Assembly: GCA_963783375.1 (NCBI GenBank)
Contig: CAWANH010000028.1
Coordinates: 608,001-672,000 of the forward strand
Direction of reading: 5' to 3'
Length of the DNA: 64,000 nucleotides
Origin: Candidatus Eiseniibacteriota bacterium
GTDB taxonomy: Bacteria; Eisenbacteria; RBG-16-71-46; JABDJR01
A model generated the notes under the pieces. That model saw only the letters and a list, made by a program, of their open reading frames with translations, searched no databases and was not told the origin of the DNA. Made by a program: the position numbers and the translations under genes. Below are positions 47,680-57,191 of this stretch, piece by piece. Each line of letters starts with the position of its first letter. Positions within the stretch are counted from its first letter, which is position 1.

Positions 47680-48015
47680 ATGAGCAAGATCGATCGTAAG
47701 GCGCGCGTTCGCGAATACATGGACAGTCCCCGGCCCGCAGGGGTTTACCGGATTCGAAACACGTCGACGGGGCGGGCGCTGATCGGTTCGACCACCGATC
47801 TCCCCGGCATGCTGAACCGCCAGCGGTTCCAGCTGAACAACGGCTCGCATCCCGACCGTGAGCTTCAGAGGGAATGGAACGAGTTCGGCGCGGCCGTCTT
47901 CGAGTTCGAGACGCTGGATCGGTTGGAACCTCGTGACGAGCCGGACTACGACCCGACCGAGGATCTCGCCGTCCTCGAGAAGATGTGGATCGAGAAGCTT
48001 GCGTCGCCCGAATAG
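47680..48015 (+). CDS. GIY-YIG-like domain protein
   Basis: AGVYRIRN...GR.LIG, NRQRFQL..G.H...LQ.EW..FG. Confidence 0.8.
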   Translation: MSKIDRKARVREYMDSPRPAGVYRIRNTSTGRALIGSTTDLPGMLNRQRFQLNNGSHPDRELQREWNEFGAAVFEFETLDRLEPRDEPDYDPTEDLAVLEKMWIEKLASPE

Positions 48016-48047
48016 CCGCCCGCGGGAGGTCGTGAAAGGGAGGCCCC

Positions 48048-48437
48048 ATGTCCGTCCGTATCGTCAGGCTCGGGAGCCCCAGAGCGAAGAATGAAGGGGT
48101 ACGGATCGGAACCGTGCGCCGCCCGCCCCGCGGTGTACCCAGGACCGAGTTCTCCTCCCAGAACTGGTACGACGTGTGGTTTCCCAACCTCGCCCCGAGC
48201 GTCCCGGTCATGAAGCTCGGGCAGGAAGCGGCCACTCCCGCGCAGTGGGCCGCCTTCGTCAGGAAGTACCGGGCGGAGATGGCGACCCCGGATAGGGTCC
48301 ATGCGCTCGAGCTCCTGGCCGCGCTTTCCCATCAATGCAACTTCTCCGTCGGCTGCTACTGCGAGAACGAGAACCACTGCCATCGCTCGGTGTTGCGGGA
48401 GCTTCTCGCCCAGCGGGGCGCCCTGATGGGGGACTGA
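48048..48437 (+). CDS. DUF488-family protein
   Basis: RRPPRGV, W.PNLAPS, F.RKYRAEM, CYCE.E.HCHRS.L. Confidence 0.88.
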   Translation: MSVRIVRLGSPRAKNEGVRIGTVRRPPRGVPRTEFSSQNWYDVWFPNLAPSVPVMKLGQEAATPAQWAAFVRKYRAEMATPDRVHALELLAALSHQCNFSVGCYCENENHCHRSVLRELLAQRGALMGD

Positions 48438-48700
48438 ACGGGTCGAGACCGCCCAGCGCGGATCATGGGCCTTGGATGCGCCCTTCGCGCCGCTCCGGAC
48501 GGGTCGCGATAGGCTCCCGAGGAAATGACCCCCCGGCCGGCGGCCCGAGATCGGACGAAAGCGGCTCTGCTTGGGAGGCCCCCGGTTTGCGCGGGGCCGA
48601 GGCCGTGCTAGCCTAGGGAATTCAGAGGACGCATCTCACCCCGGTTGCGCGCCCGACTCGGGCGCGGCTTCCATCTGACCCGTTCCACCGGACCCGACCC

Positions 48701-49066
48701 ATGCGGCACCGACTTTCACAAATCAACCTTGCGCTACGAGCGGTGATGGAGTTGGCGATCGTTCTCGCCGCCGGCTACTGGGGCTACCGTACCGGCACGA
48801 CGGTGGCCTCCCGGGTCGCCCTGGCGATCGCCGCACCCACCCTTGTCTTCGGTTTCTGGGGCCTGGTTGATTTCCACCAGGCCGGCGGGGCGGCCGAACC
48901 GCTTCGACTTTTCCAGGAGCTCTTCGTCACCGGCCTCGCGGCCGCGGCCCTCTACGTGGGGGGGCAGCGCTCGTTTGCCCTGGCGCTGGCCGGTCTTTCG
49001 GTCGTCCACCATGCCCTGGTGTATGCGCTGGGGAGCCGGCTCTTGAAGGATTCACGCCCGGCCTAG
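48701..49066 (+). CDS. YrdB/DUF2568-like membrane protein
   Basis: NLALR..MEL.....GYWG, LAI.AP. Confidence 0.75.
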   Translation: MRHRLSQINLALRAVMELAIVLAAGYWGYRTGTTVASRVALAIAAPTLVFGFWGLVDFHQAGGAAEPLRLFQELFVTGLAAAALYVGGQRSFALALAGLSVVHHALVYALGSRLLKDSRPA

Positions 49067-49096
49067 CCCGTCTTCCAGCGTGCCGGAGGAGTTCAA

Positions 49097-49564
49097 TTGC
49101 TGCACATCTTCGTCGACGCCGATGCATGTCCGGTGAAGGAAGAGGTGTTCCGCGTTGCGCGACGATATCTCCTCGAAGTCACCCTGGTGAGCAACTCCTG
49201 GATGCGCGTACCGGATGAACCGTGGATCGCCCTCGAGGTGGTGGGCGGCGGCTTCGACGAGGCCGATGACTGGATCGTCGCGGCGGTTGAACCCGACGAC
49301 ATCGTGATCACCGCCGACATTCCGCTCGCCGGCCGCGTGCTCAAGGAAGGGGCCCGCGCCATCGGCTCGACCGGCAAACCGTTCACGGAAGCGAATATCG
49401 GCCAGGCCGTCGCGACCCGCGATCTCCTGGCCGACCTTCGCGGCGCGGGGGAGATCATGGGAGGGCCGCCGCCCCTCCGGAAGGCGGACCGGTCCCGCTT
49501 CCTCCAGGCGCTGGATGAGGCGGTCCAGTCCATTCGCCGAAACCGGCCGTCCGAAGCGGGCTGA
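49097..49564 (+). CDS. YaiI/YqxD (DUF188) protein
   Basis: IFVDADACPVK, ADDWI, VITADIPLA, GGPPP...DRSRFL..LD. Confidence 0.92.
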   Translation: MLHIFVDADACPVKEEVFRVARRYLLEVTLVSNSWMRVPDEPWIALEVVGGGFDEADDWIVAAVEPDDIVITADIPLAGRVLKEGARAIGSTGKPFTEANIGQAVATRDLLADLRGAGEIMGGPPPLRKADRSRFLQALDEAVQSIRRNRPSEAG

Positions 49565-49579
49565 GAACCCACCCGAGCG

Positions 49580-50149
49580 ATGAGGCCTTCCAGGAATCCC
49601 CTCGATCCCCGTCCTGAATTTCGAGCCGGCGCGCCGGCCGACGCCCTCGTCGTCGGCGTCCTGGCCACGCAGGTGTTTCTGGACACCTACGCCACGGAAG
49701 GGATTCGCCCGGCGCTGGCGCGGGAGGTGCTGGCCTGGTGCTCCCCCGCGGCCTTCGCAGCGAGACTGTCCCATGAAGCGCAGACGTTCATCCTGGCCGA
49801 GAGACTCGATCACCTGGTCGGCTTCGCAGAGGTCCATCTCGCGAGCCCGGCGCCGGTGGCTCCCCGGGCGCCCGGCGCTCCCGTCGCCCACGGCGGCGAC
49901 GTCGAGCTCGTCCGCCTCTACGTGCAACGGCCCTTCCAGCGGAGAGGCATCGGGACGGAACTGGTTCGACGAACCGAACGCCTCGCCACCGCCGCGGGGA
50001 AGACGGCCCTCTGGCTGTCCGCGTGGGCGGGCAACGACCGCGCGCTTGCGTTCTATCGCGCCCTCGGCTATAAGGACGCGGGATCGGTCAACCACGTGAT
50101 CGAGGGACAGGCCTTCGAGAATCGCGTGCTGGTCAAATCCCCCCTGTAG
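49580..50149 (+). CDS. GNAT acetyltransferase
   Basis: F.DTY, ELVRLYV...FQRRGIG, WL.AW..N.RA.AFY..LGY. Confidence 0.85.
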   Translation: MRPSRNPLDPRPEFRAGAPADALVVGVLATQVFLDTYATEGIRPALAREVLAWCSPAAFAARLSHEAQTFILAERLDHLVGFAEVHLASPAPVAPRAPGAPVAHGGDVELVRLYVQRPFQRRGIGTELVRRTERLATAAGKTALWLSAWAGNDRALAFYRALGYKDAGSVNHVIEGQAFENRVLVKSPL

Positions 50150-50213
50150 GCGGTCGATACCCCGGTGCTTCGTGAGGCTTGGGCCGCTCGGCGGCGGTGC
50201 CACCCCACCGGCC

Positions 50214-50343
50214 ACCGTATTGGAATGTCGGCCGGCGTTCCGCGCACCGGAACCAGAACGTTACGGGAGGTCCCATGAAACCGTATTGGAATGTCGGCCG
50301 GCGTTCCCCGCGCGGGAACCGAAACGTCATGGAAGGTTCCATT
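50214..50343 (+). repeat. 66-bp tandem duplication
   Basis: ACCGTATTGGAATGTCGGCCGGCGTTCC identical at 50214 and 50280; rest of each unit diverged but alignable. Confidence 0.9.
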
Positions 50344-50484
50344 AACAGGCTCGGCTGCCTGGGCTGCCTGGGGTTCCTGGGCTGCATCGGATTCCTGCCC
50401 GGAGCCGAGGTCTTCTTCCTGCTCTTTCTGCTGTTCGGCTTGTTCGTTCTGTTCCTCCTTCCGGGGCGTTCAGGGCGGAGATGA
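50329..50484 (+). CDS. Small Gly/Cys-rich membrane peptide (DUF3796-like)
   Basis: NRLGCLGCLGFLGCIGFL..FF.LF.LFGLF. Confidence 0.5.
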   Translation: MEGSINRLGCLGCLGFLGCIGFLPGAEVFFLLFLLFGLFVLFLLPGRSGRR

Positions 50485-50948
50485 GGACCGGGAACCTGGA
50501 CACATCCACCATGAACCGGTTGCCGGTGGCGACTACGAACGGAGGTTGCGCGTTGGTGAAGGGCATATCCCCGAAAAGCCTGGCCGCATCGCTGGCCGAG
50601 CTGTGGTCACCCAAGGTCATCGCCGAAGTCGACGACTCCTACGTGAAGGTGGCGAAGGTCCACGGGAAGCTCGCCTGGCACAGTCATGACGACGAGGACG
50701 AGATGTTCTTCGTCCTGAAGGGCCGACTGCGCATCGAGATGGAATCCGGAGCGATCGAGTTGAACGAAGGGGACCTCTACGTGGTGCCGAAGGGGACCCG
50801 ACACAATCCGGTGGCCGAAGAGGAGTGCCACCTTCTGCTCATCGAAAGAAAGACCACGCTGCACACGGGAGACACGGCCACCGACCGGACCCGCTCGCTG
50901 GAAGAGCAACTGGGTCGGTTCAGGGATGGATCCGGGGACGGCGATTGA
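50481..50948 (+). CDS. Cupin domain protein (start may lie further downstream)
   Basis: WSPKVIAEV, WHSHDDEDE.F.V, VVPKG.RH.P. Confidence 0.88.
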   Translation: MRTGNLDTSTMNRLPVATTNGGCALVKGISPKSLAASLAELWSPKVIAEVDDSYVKVAKVHGKLAWHSHDDEDEMFFVLKGRLRIEMESGAIELNEGDLYVVPKGTRHNPVAEEECHLLLIERKTTLHTGDTATDRTRSLEEQLGRFRDGSGDGD

Positions 50949-50979
50949 TCGCCCCGGGAGCTTCGATTGGGAGGCTCCG

Positions 50980-51447
50980 ATGAGATCGATACTCGCGATC
51001 GGCCTGCTCACGGCTTCGTCTCCGGCTTTCGCCGCAAGCACGGTCACCGTGGTCACCCCGGTCAACGTATCGGACCTGCCGCTGCAGTTTCGAGTGGAGA
51101 CCGAATCCTACGGCAATGGAATGATGCGGTTCGACTTGTTCGTGTTCCCGGGCGCCGCGGACATTTCCCCCCGGCGGGAGGCTCGGTTTGTCGTATGGGG
51201 AGCAGGCGCCGAGGGCCCACCGGACAGGGGTTTTGGCGCCCGCCCCCCCGCCGAGCGTCCCCTGACCCTCGCGGTGTCCCGGGTCGCCGGGGACCCCCTG
51301 GAACCGGGGCTGCGCTATGAGGTCCAGGCGCACCGGAGCCTGCTCTCCAGGATCAGCCTTACCTTCCGGAATTTCGACCCGGGCGGACAAGCTTCGTTCG
51401 ACGGCTACGAGATCATGCTGGGAGCGTTCGTGACGGCGGATGATTGA
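50980..51447 (+). CDS. Hypothetical secreted protein
   Basis: GGAGG SD; signal peptide ending AFA. Confidence 0.55.
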   Translation: MRSILAIGLLTASSPAFAASTVTVVTPVNVSDLPLQFRVETESYGNGMMRFDLFVFPGAADISPRREARFVVWGAGAEGPPDRGFGARPPAERPLTLAVSRVAGDPLEPGLRYEVQAHRSLLSRISLTFRNFDPGGQASFDGYEIMLGAFVTADD

Positions 51448-51748
51448 CCCTCGCGCGGTCCCCCACCAGCACGGCCGGGCCGGACAACATCGCCTTCAGA
51501 AACATTCCCAAGCTCCGGAGAGAGCACTTCCGGCTGGCCGGAAGGGCTCGGAAGCAGCATGCCGGATCCGTGAGGCCGCCGACACTATCGCCCTGTTCTT
51601 CGAGGGCGGCCGCGGGCTCGGCCCCGCCTGGCGGCCGGCTGATCCCCCCTCGCAACACGGCTTCATGAATGGAGCGGACTAGGCACGTCTTCCGTCGCCG
51701 GTTAATCTCCTGCCCGCGCCGCCCACGGACCAACCGAGGACACCGACG

Positions 51749-52099
51749 ATGCACGTGATGGATCCGCCCCCCCTGACCCCGATTTCCGCGTTCTACAGCC
51801 GGAACGCCGGCAGCGCCCCCCTGGGGTCCGGAAGCGGTGAGGCCCATGCTCACGTGGTCCGGTTCGAGCCCGGGGGCGCGATCGGTCCGCATCCGGCGGG
51901 GTTCGCCCAGCTCTTCATCCCGGTCTCCGGGTCGGGGTGGATCGCGGGGCCCGACGGCGCGCACCGGGGCCTCGGGCCCGGGCAGGTGGGCTACGTGGCC
52001 CGGGGCGAGATCCACTCGAAGGGAAGCGACGCCGGCATGGTCGCGATCATGGTGCAGGTGCGCGACTTCGCGCCGCATGACGGCGGCAACCGTGACTGA
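51749..52099 (+). CDS. Cupin domain protein
   Basis: FEPGG.IG.HPA...QLF..V.G.GW, GEIH.KGS..GM. Confidence 0.8.
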   Translation: MHVMDPPPLTPISAFYSRNAGSAPLGSGSGEAHAHVVRFEPGGAIGPHPAGFAQLFIPVSGSGWIAGPDGAHRGLGPGQVGYVARGEIHSKGSDAGMVAIMVQVRDFAPHDGGNRD

Positions 52100-52120
52100 C
52101 CCTCATCGTTCGGCGGGTGG

Positions 52121-53626
52121 ATGAGCGCATCACGGCACATTGGGCATATGGAAGGTCGGACCGCGACCCGTTTCCCATCCCGCCGCCTCGCCGTCGCCGC
52201 CGCCCTGGCGATGGTTTCTTTCGCAATGCTCATGGGCTACTGGCGGGTCCAGCAGGACGACAGCTACATCTTCTATTCCTACGCGCAGAATCTGGCCGCC
52301 GGCCACGGCTACGTATTCAACCCCGGCGAGCGCATCAACGCCACCACCTCACCCCTGTATACCCTGATTCTCTCGTTCACATACCTGATCCTCCACCCCT
52401 TGCCGCTGGTAAGCCTGCCGCTGCTCGGACATCTGATCGGAGCGGTCGCCCTCCTGGTCATATCCCTTCTCCTCATGAGGTCGTTCGGCTCCGGCGCCGA
52501 CGACTCCTTTCCCCTCCTGCTCCCAATGGTGTTCCTCCTGAATCCACTCCTCCCGAACGCGATCGGCATGGATACCTTCCTCGCGATGATGTTCGCCATG
52601 CTCTGCGTTCATGCCTACAGCCGGAAGCGGCGGCTGGCCGCATCTCTCGCCTGCTCGCTGGCCGTCCTGGCCCGGCCCGACATGATGCTCTTCGCCGCAG
52701 TGGTCCTCGGGTACGACGTCGCCCGAAATCGCCGGCTTCCCACCGTTCGAATGATCTCGGCCTTCCTGGTTCCGATCCTCACATGGATGCTGTTCAGCTC
52801 CCTGTACTTCGGCACATTCCTACCGTCCACGCTCGCCGCCAAGCTCGGCCAGACCGAATCGGCCCGATGGGGCACGGGACCCATCTTCTTCAAGGGGTTG
52901 GTGTCCCGCTCCGTGTGGGGGACCCACGCCCTCATGGGCCTCGTGTTCGCCCTCTCGCTGACCGGACTCATTGTCGGCGCCCTCAGGTTCCGGCGATGGG
53001 ACGTCTTCCGGAAACCGGCGATCCATCTGATCCTCCTGTGGTCGCTGGTCTATCTGGCGGTCTACGGATTCATCCTGAATCCACCGGCCTACGGCTGGTA
53101 CTACACCCCGCTCGCCCTGGGCATCACCATTCTGGTCGCGATCCCGATCGAGGGGCTGATTCGCTACCTGTCGCACCGCGGCGGGGGCGGGCGGCGGGTA
53201 GGGGAGGCCGCCGCATACCTCGTGCTTCTCCTGGCCGGAATCATGCTCCCGCTCGAGTCGTCTCCGGGTCCGGCGGCGGCGAAGTACGAAAACTACAGGT
53301 TGGCGGCCGAGTGGCTGGAGGCGAACGCGGCTCCCGGCTCCACGGTCGGCGCCAACGAGGTCGGAATCATCCGGTACTATTACCGCAAGGGTTCCGTGAT
53401 CGACGGGTTGGGCCTCGTGACCCCCGAGGTGGCGGACCACGTGAGGCAGAGGGACTACGATTGGTACGTCCATCGCTATCGTCCCGACTACCTGATGTTC
53501 AACTATCCGCACCGGAGGGTCCTGGAGTCGATGGTGGACAGCGACTGGTTCCATGAGGACTACGCGTTGCGCACGATCCTTCGAACCTCCCGGAGGGCGG
53601 TGGCCATCTACGAAAGGCGACAATGA
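52121..53626 (+). CDS. Multi-pass membrane protein, GT-C glycosyltransferase-like
   Basis: DDSYIFYSYAQNLAAGHG.VFN.GE...A.TSPLY, GMDT, LARPD, WYY.P, EVG.I.YY, IDGLGL. Confidence 0.75.
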   Translation: MSASRHIGHMEGRTATRFPSRRLAVAAALAMVSFAMLMGYWRVQQDDSYIFYSYAQNLAAGHGYVFNPGERINATTSPLYTLILSFTYLILHPLPLVSLPLLGHLIGAVALLVISLLLMRSFGSGADDSFPLLLPMVFLLNPLLPNAIGMDTFLAMMFAMLCVHAYSRKRRLAASLACSLAVLARPDMMLFAAVVLGYDVARNRRLPTVRMISAFLVPILTWMLFSSLYFGTFLPSTLAAKLGQTESARWGTGPIFFKGLVSRSVWGTHALMGLVFALSLTGLIVGALRFRRWDVFRKPAIHLILLWSLVYLAVYGFILNPPAYGWYYTPLALGITILVAIPIEGLIRYLSHRGGGGRRVGEAAAYLVLLLAGIMLPLESSPGPAAAKYENYRLAAEWLEANAAPGSTVGANEVGIIRYYYRKGSVIDGLGLVTPEVADHVRQRDYDWYVHRYRPDYLMFNYPHRRVLESMVDSDWFHEDYALRTILRTSRRAVAIYERRQ

Positions 53627-54252
53627 CTTCAGCAGCGGAGGCGCTCGGGCGCCTACAGGACGGGAACCGGCGCTTCGTCTCGGATATCCGGAGCCTCGAC
53701 ACGCTCGCCAGCCAGACCCGTCGACACGAGTTTCTGGAGGGCCAGGAGCCGGTGGCGGTCATCCTCGGATGCTCGGATTCCCGGGTGCCGGTGGAGATCG
53801 TCTTCGACCAGGGTCTGGGGGACCTGTTCGTGATCCGCGTCGCCGGGAACGTCGTCGCTCCGTCCCAGGTGGGGAGCGTCGAGTTCGCCGCCGAGAAGTT
53901 CGGCACCCGCCTGGTGGTGGTCCTGGGCCACACCCACTGCGGCGCGGTCCAGGCCACCCTGGAAGAGCTGCTCCGACCGACCGGCGCCCATTCGCACAAC
54001 CTGAGTTCCATCGTCGACCGCATCCGTCCCCCGGTCGAGGCGCTCTTGGCCACCGAGCTCCGAAACGACCCGAACGCGCTGTATCGGCACGCGGTGCGCG
54101 CCAACGTCCGCGCCTCCGCCGACCATCTGCGGCACGGATCGGAGGTCCTCGAAGAACGGATCCTCCGCGACGGACTACGTGTGGTGGGGGCCGAGTACGA
54201 CCTGGAGACCGGGATCGTGGACTTCTTCGACGGCCTACCCGAGGCCGATTGA
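53623..54252 (+). CDS. Beta-class carbonic anhydrase
   Basis: L..GNRRF, GCSDSRVP.E.VFD, RVAGN, LGHTHCGAV, YDLETG. Confidence 0.95.
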   Translation: MTSAAEALGRLQDGNRRFVSDIRSLDTLASQTRRHEFLEGQEPVAVILGCSDSRVPVEIVFDQGLGDLFVIRVAGNVVAPSQVGSVEFAAEKFGTRLVVVLGHTHCGAVQATLEELLRPTGAHSHNLSSIVDRIRPPVEALLATELRNDPNALYRHAVRANVRASADHLRHGSEVLEERILRDGLRVVGAEYDLETGIVDFFDGLPEAD

Positions 54253-54803
54253 TCGCGCGCCGTTCGGACCGCGTCCGAGCAGCGATCGACCATTTTCGCG
54301 CGGCCGGGCGACCGTTCTCGTGGTGGGTCGGTCCCGCGGATCGCCCGGCGGAACTCGGCGAACTGCTGCTCGACCTCGGGCTGGCGCGCACCGAGACCGA
54401 GCTGGCGATGGCCGCCGACCTGGCCGGCGCGGTGGACCCGCCGGACGAGGAGGTGCTCCGCTTCTACGAGCTGGCCGCGGCGCCGCTTCTCCAGGGGGAT
54501 TCTCCCCAGTGGCTCTATCTCGGCTGGCTGGGAGACGACGCGGTGGCGACGGGACAATTGACGGTGGGAGGCGGTGTGGTAGGGCTCTACAATGTTTTCA
54601 CGAGCCCGGCTCATCGTGGCCGCGGCTTCGGAACCGCCCTTACCCTGCGGCCGTTGACCGACGCGCGGGCGGCGGGACACCGCACCGCCATCCTCCAGGC
54701 CACCGCCGAGGGGGCGGGGATCTACGAGCGGGCCGGATTCCGGGCCTTCGGCCGCATCGCGGAGTACAAGCCGCCCCGGCCGTCACCTTCACCAGGGAGC
54801 TAG
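54249..54803 (+). CDS. GNAT acetyltransferase, probably truncated or internally deleted
   Basis: PFSWWVGP, GLYNV.T....RGRGFG, LQAT..G..IY.R.GF; no clear start codon or SD. Confidence 0.6.
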   Translation: MIARRSDRVRAAIDHFRAAGRPFSWWVGPADRPAELGELLLDLGLARTETELAMAADLAGAVDPPDEEVLRFYELAAAPLLQGDSPQWLYLGWLGDDAVATGQLTVGGGVVGLYNVFTSPAHRGRGFGTALTLRPLTDARAAGHRTAILQATAEGAGIYERAGFRAFGRIAEYKPPRPSPSPGS

Positions 54804-54805
54804 AC

Positions 54806-55561
54806 ATGATCGAGGAACCGGTCGCCATCCGGACCGCCGACGGAACATCGAAGGGCGTCTTCATCCGGAGCGACGACGGACGGCCCCACCCCGGCGTCCT
54901 TCACTTCACCGACATCCGCGGCGTCCGGCCGGCCCCCCTCGACATGGCCCGGCGACTCGCCGAGGCGGGATACACGGTCCTCGTGCCGAACGTCTTCTAC
55001 CGGACCGGCGAGCCGCCGTTCCTCCGGTCGGGGAAGCCCTTCACCGACCCGGAGACCCGGGCGGAATTCGAATCGCTGGTCACCCCCCTCACCCCCGACG
55101 CCATGGAGCGCGACCTGGCCGCCTACCTCGACACGCTCGCCGGGCACGCCTCGGTCACCGACGGTCCGATCGGAGCGGTGGGGTACTGCTTCACCGGGGC
55201 CATGGCCCTCCGAACCGCCGCGGTCCGCCCGGACCGGGTCGCCGCCGCGGCCTCGTTTCACGGGGGAGGGCTCTTCAAGGACGACCCCGCGAGCCCTCAT
55301 CTCGTCCTTCCCCGGGTCCGGGCGCGCCTCTACTTCGGACACGCCGACGGGGACCGGAGCATGCCGGCGGAGGCGATCCGGAAGTTCGAGGAGGCCCTGG
55401 CGGCCTGGGGGGGGCGCTACGAGAGCGAGATCTACCCCGGCGCCCACCACGGCTGGACGGTCCCCGACAGCGCGGCCCACGATCCGGCCCAGGCCGAGCG
55501 CGCGTTCGAGAAGCTCACCGGACTCCTCGGGGACATGCTGTCCGGGGCCGAGACCCGGTGA
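54806..55561 (+). CDS. Dienelactone hydrolase-family protein
   Basis: DIRGVRP, GY.VLVPN.FYR, VGYCFTG, SFHGG, YPGA.HGW. Confidence 0.9.
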   Translation: MIEEPVAIRTADGTSKGVFIRSDDGRPHPGVLHFTDIRGVRPAPLDMARRLAEAGYTVLVPNVFYRTGEPPFLRSGKPFTDPETRAEFESLVTPLTPDAMERDLAAYLDTLAGHASVTDGPIGAVGYCFTGAMALRTAAVRPDRVAAAASFHGGGLFKDDPASPHLVLPRVRARLYFGHADGDRSMPAEAIRKFEEALAAWGGRYESEIYPGAHHGWTVPDSAAHDPAQAERAFEKLTGLLGDMLSGAETR

Positions 55562-55667
55562 TCCTCCCGCCGTCCGGGCCCGGCCGGGCGTCCTTCCCGA
55601 AGGCTCCCGCGGGCGGACGATCAATCGGATCCCGCCGTCCCCACACCGGAGAAACCGGGGCGCCACG

Positions 55668-56369
55668 ATGGCGGACCTGAGCGCCGTCTACCGTGACAAG
55701 GCGGCGTCCCCCGAAACCAGGATCACCCTGGCCGTCGTTCACCTCGGCGTCGTGCTGGCGGTCTTCTGGTACCTCTTCGGGGGCGGCGCGGCGGCCGCCG
55801 GCCCGATCTCCAGCCCTTCGGCACAGTCCGCCTCGGCCCTCCGGCGCGGCGTCCTGGCCGCCGCCGCCCTTCTTTATCTCCTTCGCACCCTGGCCACGCT
55901 CTTCGTCTTCATGAAGCGCCGCATGCCCTGGTCCGAAGCGGTGACGATCGCGGTGTGGATCGCCCTCTTCGACTCCCTCTTCGCCTGGTTCGGGGGCCGG
56001 AATCCCCAGCCCTTCGGCGCGGCGGCGGCGCTCGGAGCCGGACTGGTGATCGTCGGATCCGTGCTCAACACCGGCTCGGAGTGGCAGCGCCTCCGCTGGA
56101 AACGGAGGCCCGGAAACCGGGGCCACCTCCTCACCGGGGGATTCTTCCGCCTCGCCCGCCACGTCAACTACTTCGGCGACCTGGTGTTGTTCACGGGATG
56201 GGCGCTGGTGACGGGCCGCCTCGCCCTCCTGGCCATCCCCGCGGTCATGGTCGCCGGCTTCGTGTTCGCCAACATACCCGCCCAGGATCGCTACCTGGCC
56301 GAGCGCTACGGCGAGGAGTACCGGGCCTACGCGGACCGGACGGCGCGGCTGATCCCCTACCTCTACTAG
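55668..56369 (+). CDS. DUF1295/steroid 5-alpha-reductase-like membrane protein
   Basis: EWQR..WK..P.N.G.L.T.G.F...RH.NYFGD. Confidence 0.8.
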   Translation: MADLSAVYRDKAASPETRITLAVVHLGVVLAVFWYLFGGGAAAAGPISSPSAQSASALRRGVLAAAALLYLLRTLATLFVFMKRRMPWSEAVTIAVWIALFDSLFAWFGGRNPQPFGAAAALGAGLVIVGSVLNTGSEWQRLRWKRRPGNRGHLLTGGFFRLARHVNYFGDLVLFTGWALVTGRLALLAIPAVMVAGFVFANIPAQDRYLAERYGEEYRAYADRTARLIPYLY

Positions 56370-56613
56370 CCCCCGGCCCGCGTGGCGTCACTCCCGGGGT
56401 CCCGGCCGGCGCGACATGAGGGCGCGCCGCCGTACCGGCCCGGGATTGCATCGCCGGTTGTGAACCGATTCCGCATCGTGCTAGCGTCTTGGGCCTGCCC
56501 GGCAACGGACCCCCGTTCCGCGACGTCCGTGGGTATCCCGGTGCTCAGCGACCGTGGGGCTTCCGCTCCCCCTGTCCCGTCCCGCCCCACCCCTCTCAAC
56601 AACGGAGTTTCGC

Positions 56614-57126
56614 ATGAACAAGCAGATGCTCGACCAGTCATGGGACCATACCCGGCAGGTATTCGGGATCTACCTCCGTCTTCTGGAGGCGTTTCCCGAG
56701 GACGGTTTCTTCACCCATCCCGTTCCGGGCATGCGCACTCCCGCCGAGTTGTCGGCGCACATGTCGGGGACGATCATCCGGGACATCCCCCAGGGGGTGG
56801 CGAAGGGTGAGATCACCGCCGACGAGTCCTCGGAGTCCGACGTGGCCAGGAAACTGGGAAGCAAGGCGGCACTGATCAAGTATGCGGAGGAGTGCTGGAC
56901 TCTCGGCAACACGGCCGCGATCGGGATCGGCGACGAGCAGCTCGGCGCGATGGTCTCGACCCCCTGGAACATGACCTTTCCGGGCTGGATCGGATTCATC
57001 ATGCTCAACGACGAATTCCTTCATCACCGTGGCCAGCTCTTCGCCTTCGCCCGGGCTTGCGGCGTCGCCCCCCCGTTCATCTGGGGCTTCGGCGAAAACG
57101 CGCCGGCGTACCGCCCCACTCACTAG
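56614..57126 (+). CDS. DinB-family protein
   Basis: P.PGMRT..EL..H, HHRGQL..F.R..GV.PP. Confidence 0.85.
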   Translation: MNKQMLDQSWDHTRQVFGIYLRLLEAFPEDGFFTHPVPGMRTPAELSAHMSGTIIRDIPQGVAKGEITADESSESDVARKLGSKAALIKYAEECWTLGNTAAIGIGDEQLGAMVSTPWNMTFPGWIGFIMLNDEFLHHRGQLFAFARACGVAPPFIWGFGENAPAYRPTH

Positions 57127-57191
57127 CCCGGCGCGCCGCCCGAACCGTGCCGGTTCAGGGAGCGGTGAAGGGGACGGAGCCGGGGATCCTC

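Noticed and set aside
50214-50343. Mini-CRISPR
   Set aside because: Only two copies, the supposed spacers align with each other, and no cas genes are present
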